Below, piece after piece: positions 63,170 through 64,000 of a stretch of DNA of 64,000 bases. How positions within the stretch are numbered: position 1 is the stretch's first letter; each line of letters starts with the position of its first letter. Made by a program: the position numbers and the translations under genes. Location of the stretch: NCBI RefSeq assembly GCF_009914755.1, contig NC_060934.1; one strand, written 5' to 3'. The notes under the pieces are model-generated. The model was given only the letters and a program-made list of their open reading frames with translations. It was not told the DNA's origin and did not search any database. The DNA comes from the human T2T-CHM13v2.0 reference genome, Homo sapiens.

Positions 63170-64000
63170 TTGATATATTTATTTATTTATTATTTCAATT
63201 AAAAAATATATAAATAAAATAAAGGTGGGACAACAGGTGGGTTTTTTTTGGTTACATGGATAAGTTGTTTCTGAGATTTTGGTGCACCTGCCACCTGAAC
63301 TGTGTACACTGTACCCACTGTGTAGTCTTTTGGCCCTCACCACCCCCCTTAAGTCCCCAAAGTCCATTATGTCATTCTTTTGCCTTTGCATGCTCATGGC
63401 TTAGCTCCCACTTATCAGTGAGAATAGACGATATTTGGTTTTCCATTCCTGAGTTACTTCACTTAGAATAATGATCTCCAATTCCATCCAAGTTACAGCA
63501 AATGCCATTATTTCATTCCTTTTTTATGGCTGAGTAATACTCCATGGTGTACATATGCCACATTTTCTTTATCCACTTGTTGGTTGATGGACATTTAGGA
63601 TGGTTCCACATTTTTGCAATTGTATATTGTACAGCTATAAATATGTGTGTGCAAGTGTATTTTTCACATAATGACTCCTTTTCCTCTGGGTAGATATCCA
63701 GTAGTGGGATTGCTGGATCAAATGGTAGTTCTACTTTTAGTTTTTAAAGACTCTCATACTGTTTGTCCTAGTGGTTGTAGTTGTTTACATTCCCACCAGC
63801 GTTGTAAAAGTGTTCCCTTTTCACTATATCCACACCAACATCTATTTTTTTTTTTTATTTTTAAATCATGGCCATTCTTGCAGGAGTAAGGTGGTATCAC
63901 ATTGTAGTTTTAATTTGCATTTACCTGATATTTAGTGATGTTGAGCATTTTTTCATATGTCTGTTGGCCATTTGTATATCATCTTTTGAGAATTGTCTAT
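63170..64000 (-). mobile_element. L1PB-type 3' end, runs off the window
   Basis: 'tttggttacatggataagtt...ccattcctgagttacttcacttagaataat...gtagtgggattgctggatcaaatggtag'. Confidence 0.92.

Overview
Primate, human-like non-coding DNA; the organism and locus are inferred from repeat content only and I could not name the locus. I find no credible protein-coding exon, RNA gene or prokaryote-type system. The listed ORFs look like chance, repeat-derived or microsatellite-derived frames. Much of the window is interspersed repeats: ten Alus (J and S types, no obvious AluY), many MIR and L2 relics, old L1/HAL1 pieces, MaLR/ERVL solo LTRs (THE1, MST, MLT1, LTR47, LTR16) and hAT-type MITEs (MER5, MER20, MER58, MER91, MER96, MER102). 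Family calls are by-eye recognition of consensus sequences; subfamily labels and most ends are approximate unless a target-site duplication (TSD) fixes them. Repeat-poor islands at about 24.6-26.35, 27.0-27.6, 34.5-35.6, 39.7-40.35 and 51.7-52.05 kb look like candidate cis-regulatory elements. The most unusual structures seen directly are: a 35-bp segment duplicated 2.69 kb away and flanked by a 9-bp direct repeat (56.7/59.4 kb); an old 138-bp local duplication, one copy split by a THE1 LTR (18.7/21.2-21.7 kb); and an Alu with its Pol III B box cleanly deleted. I did not find evidence for a novel biological system.
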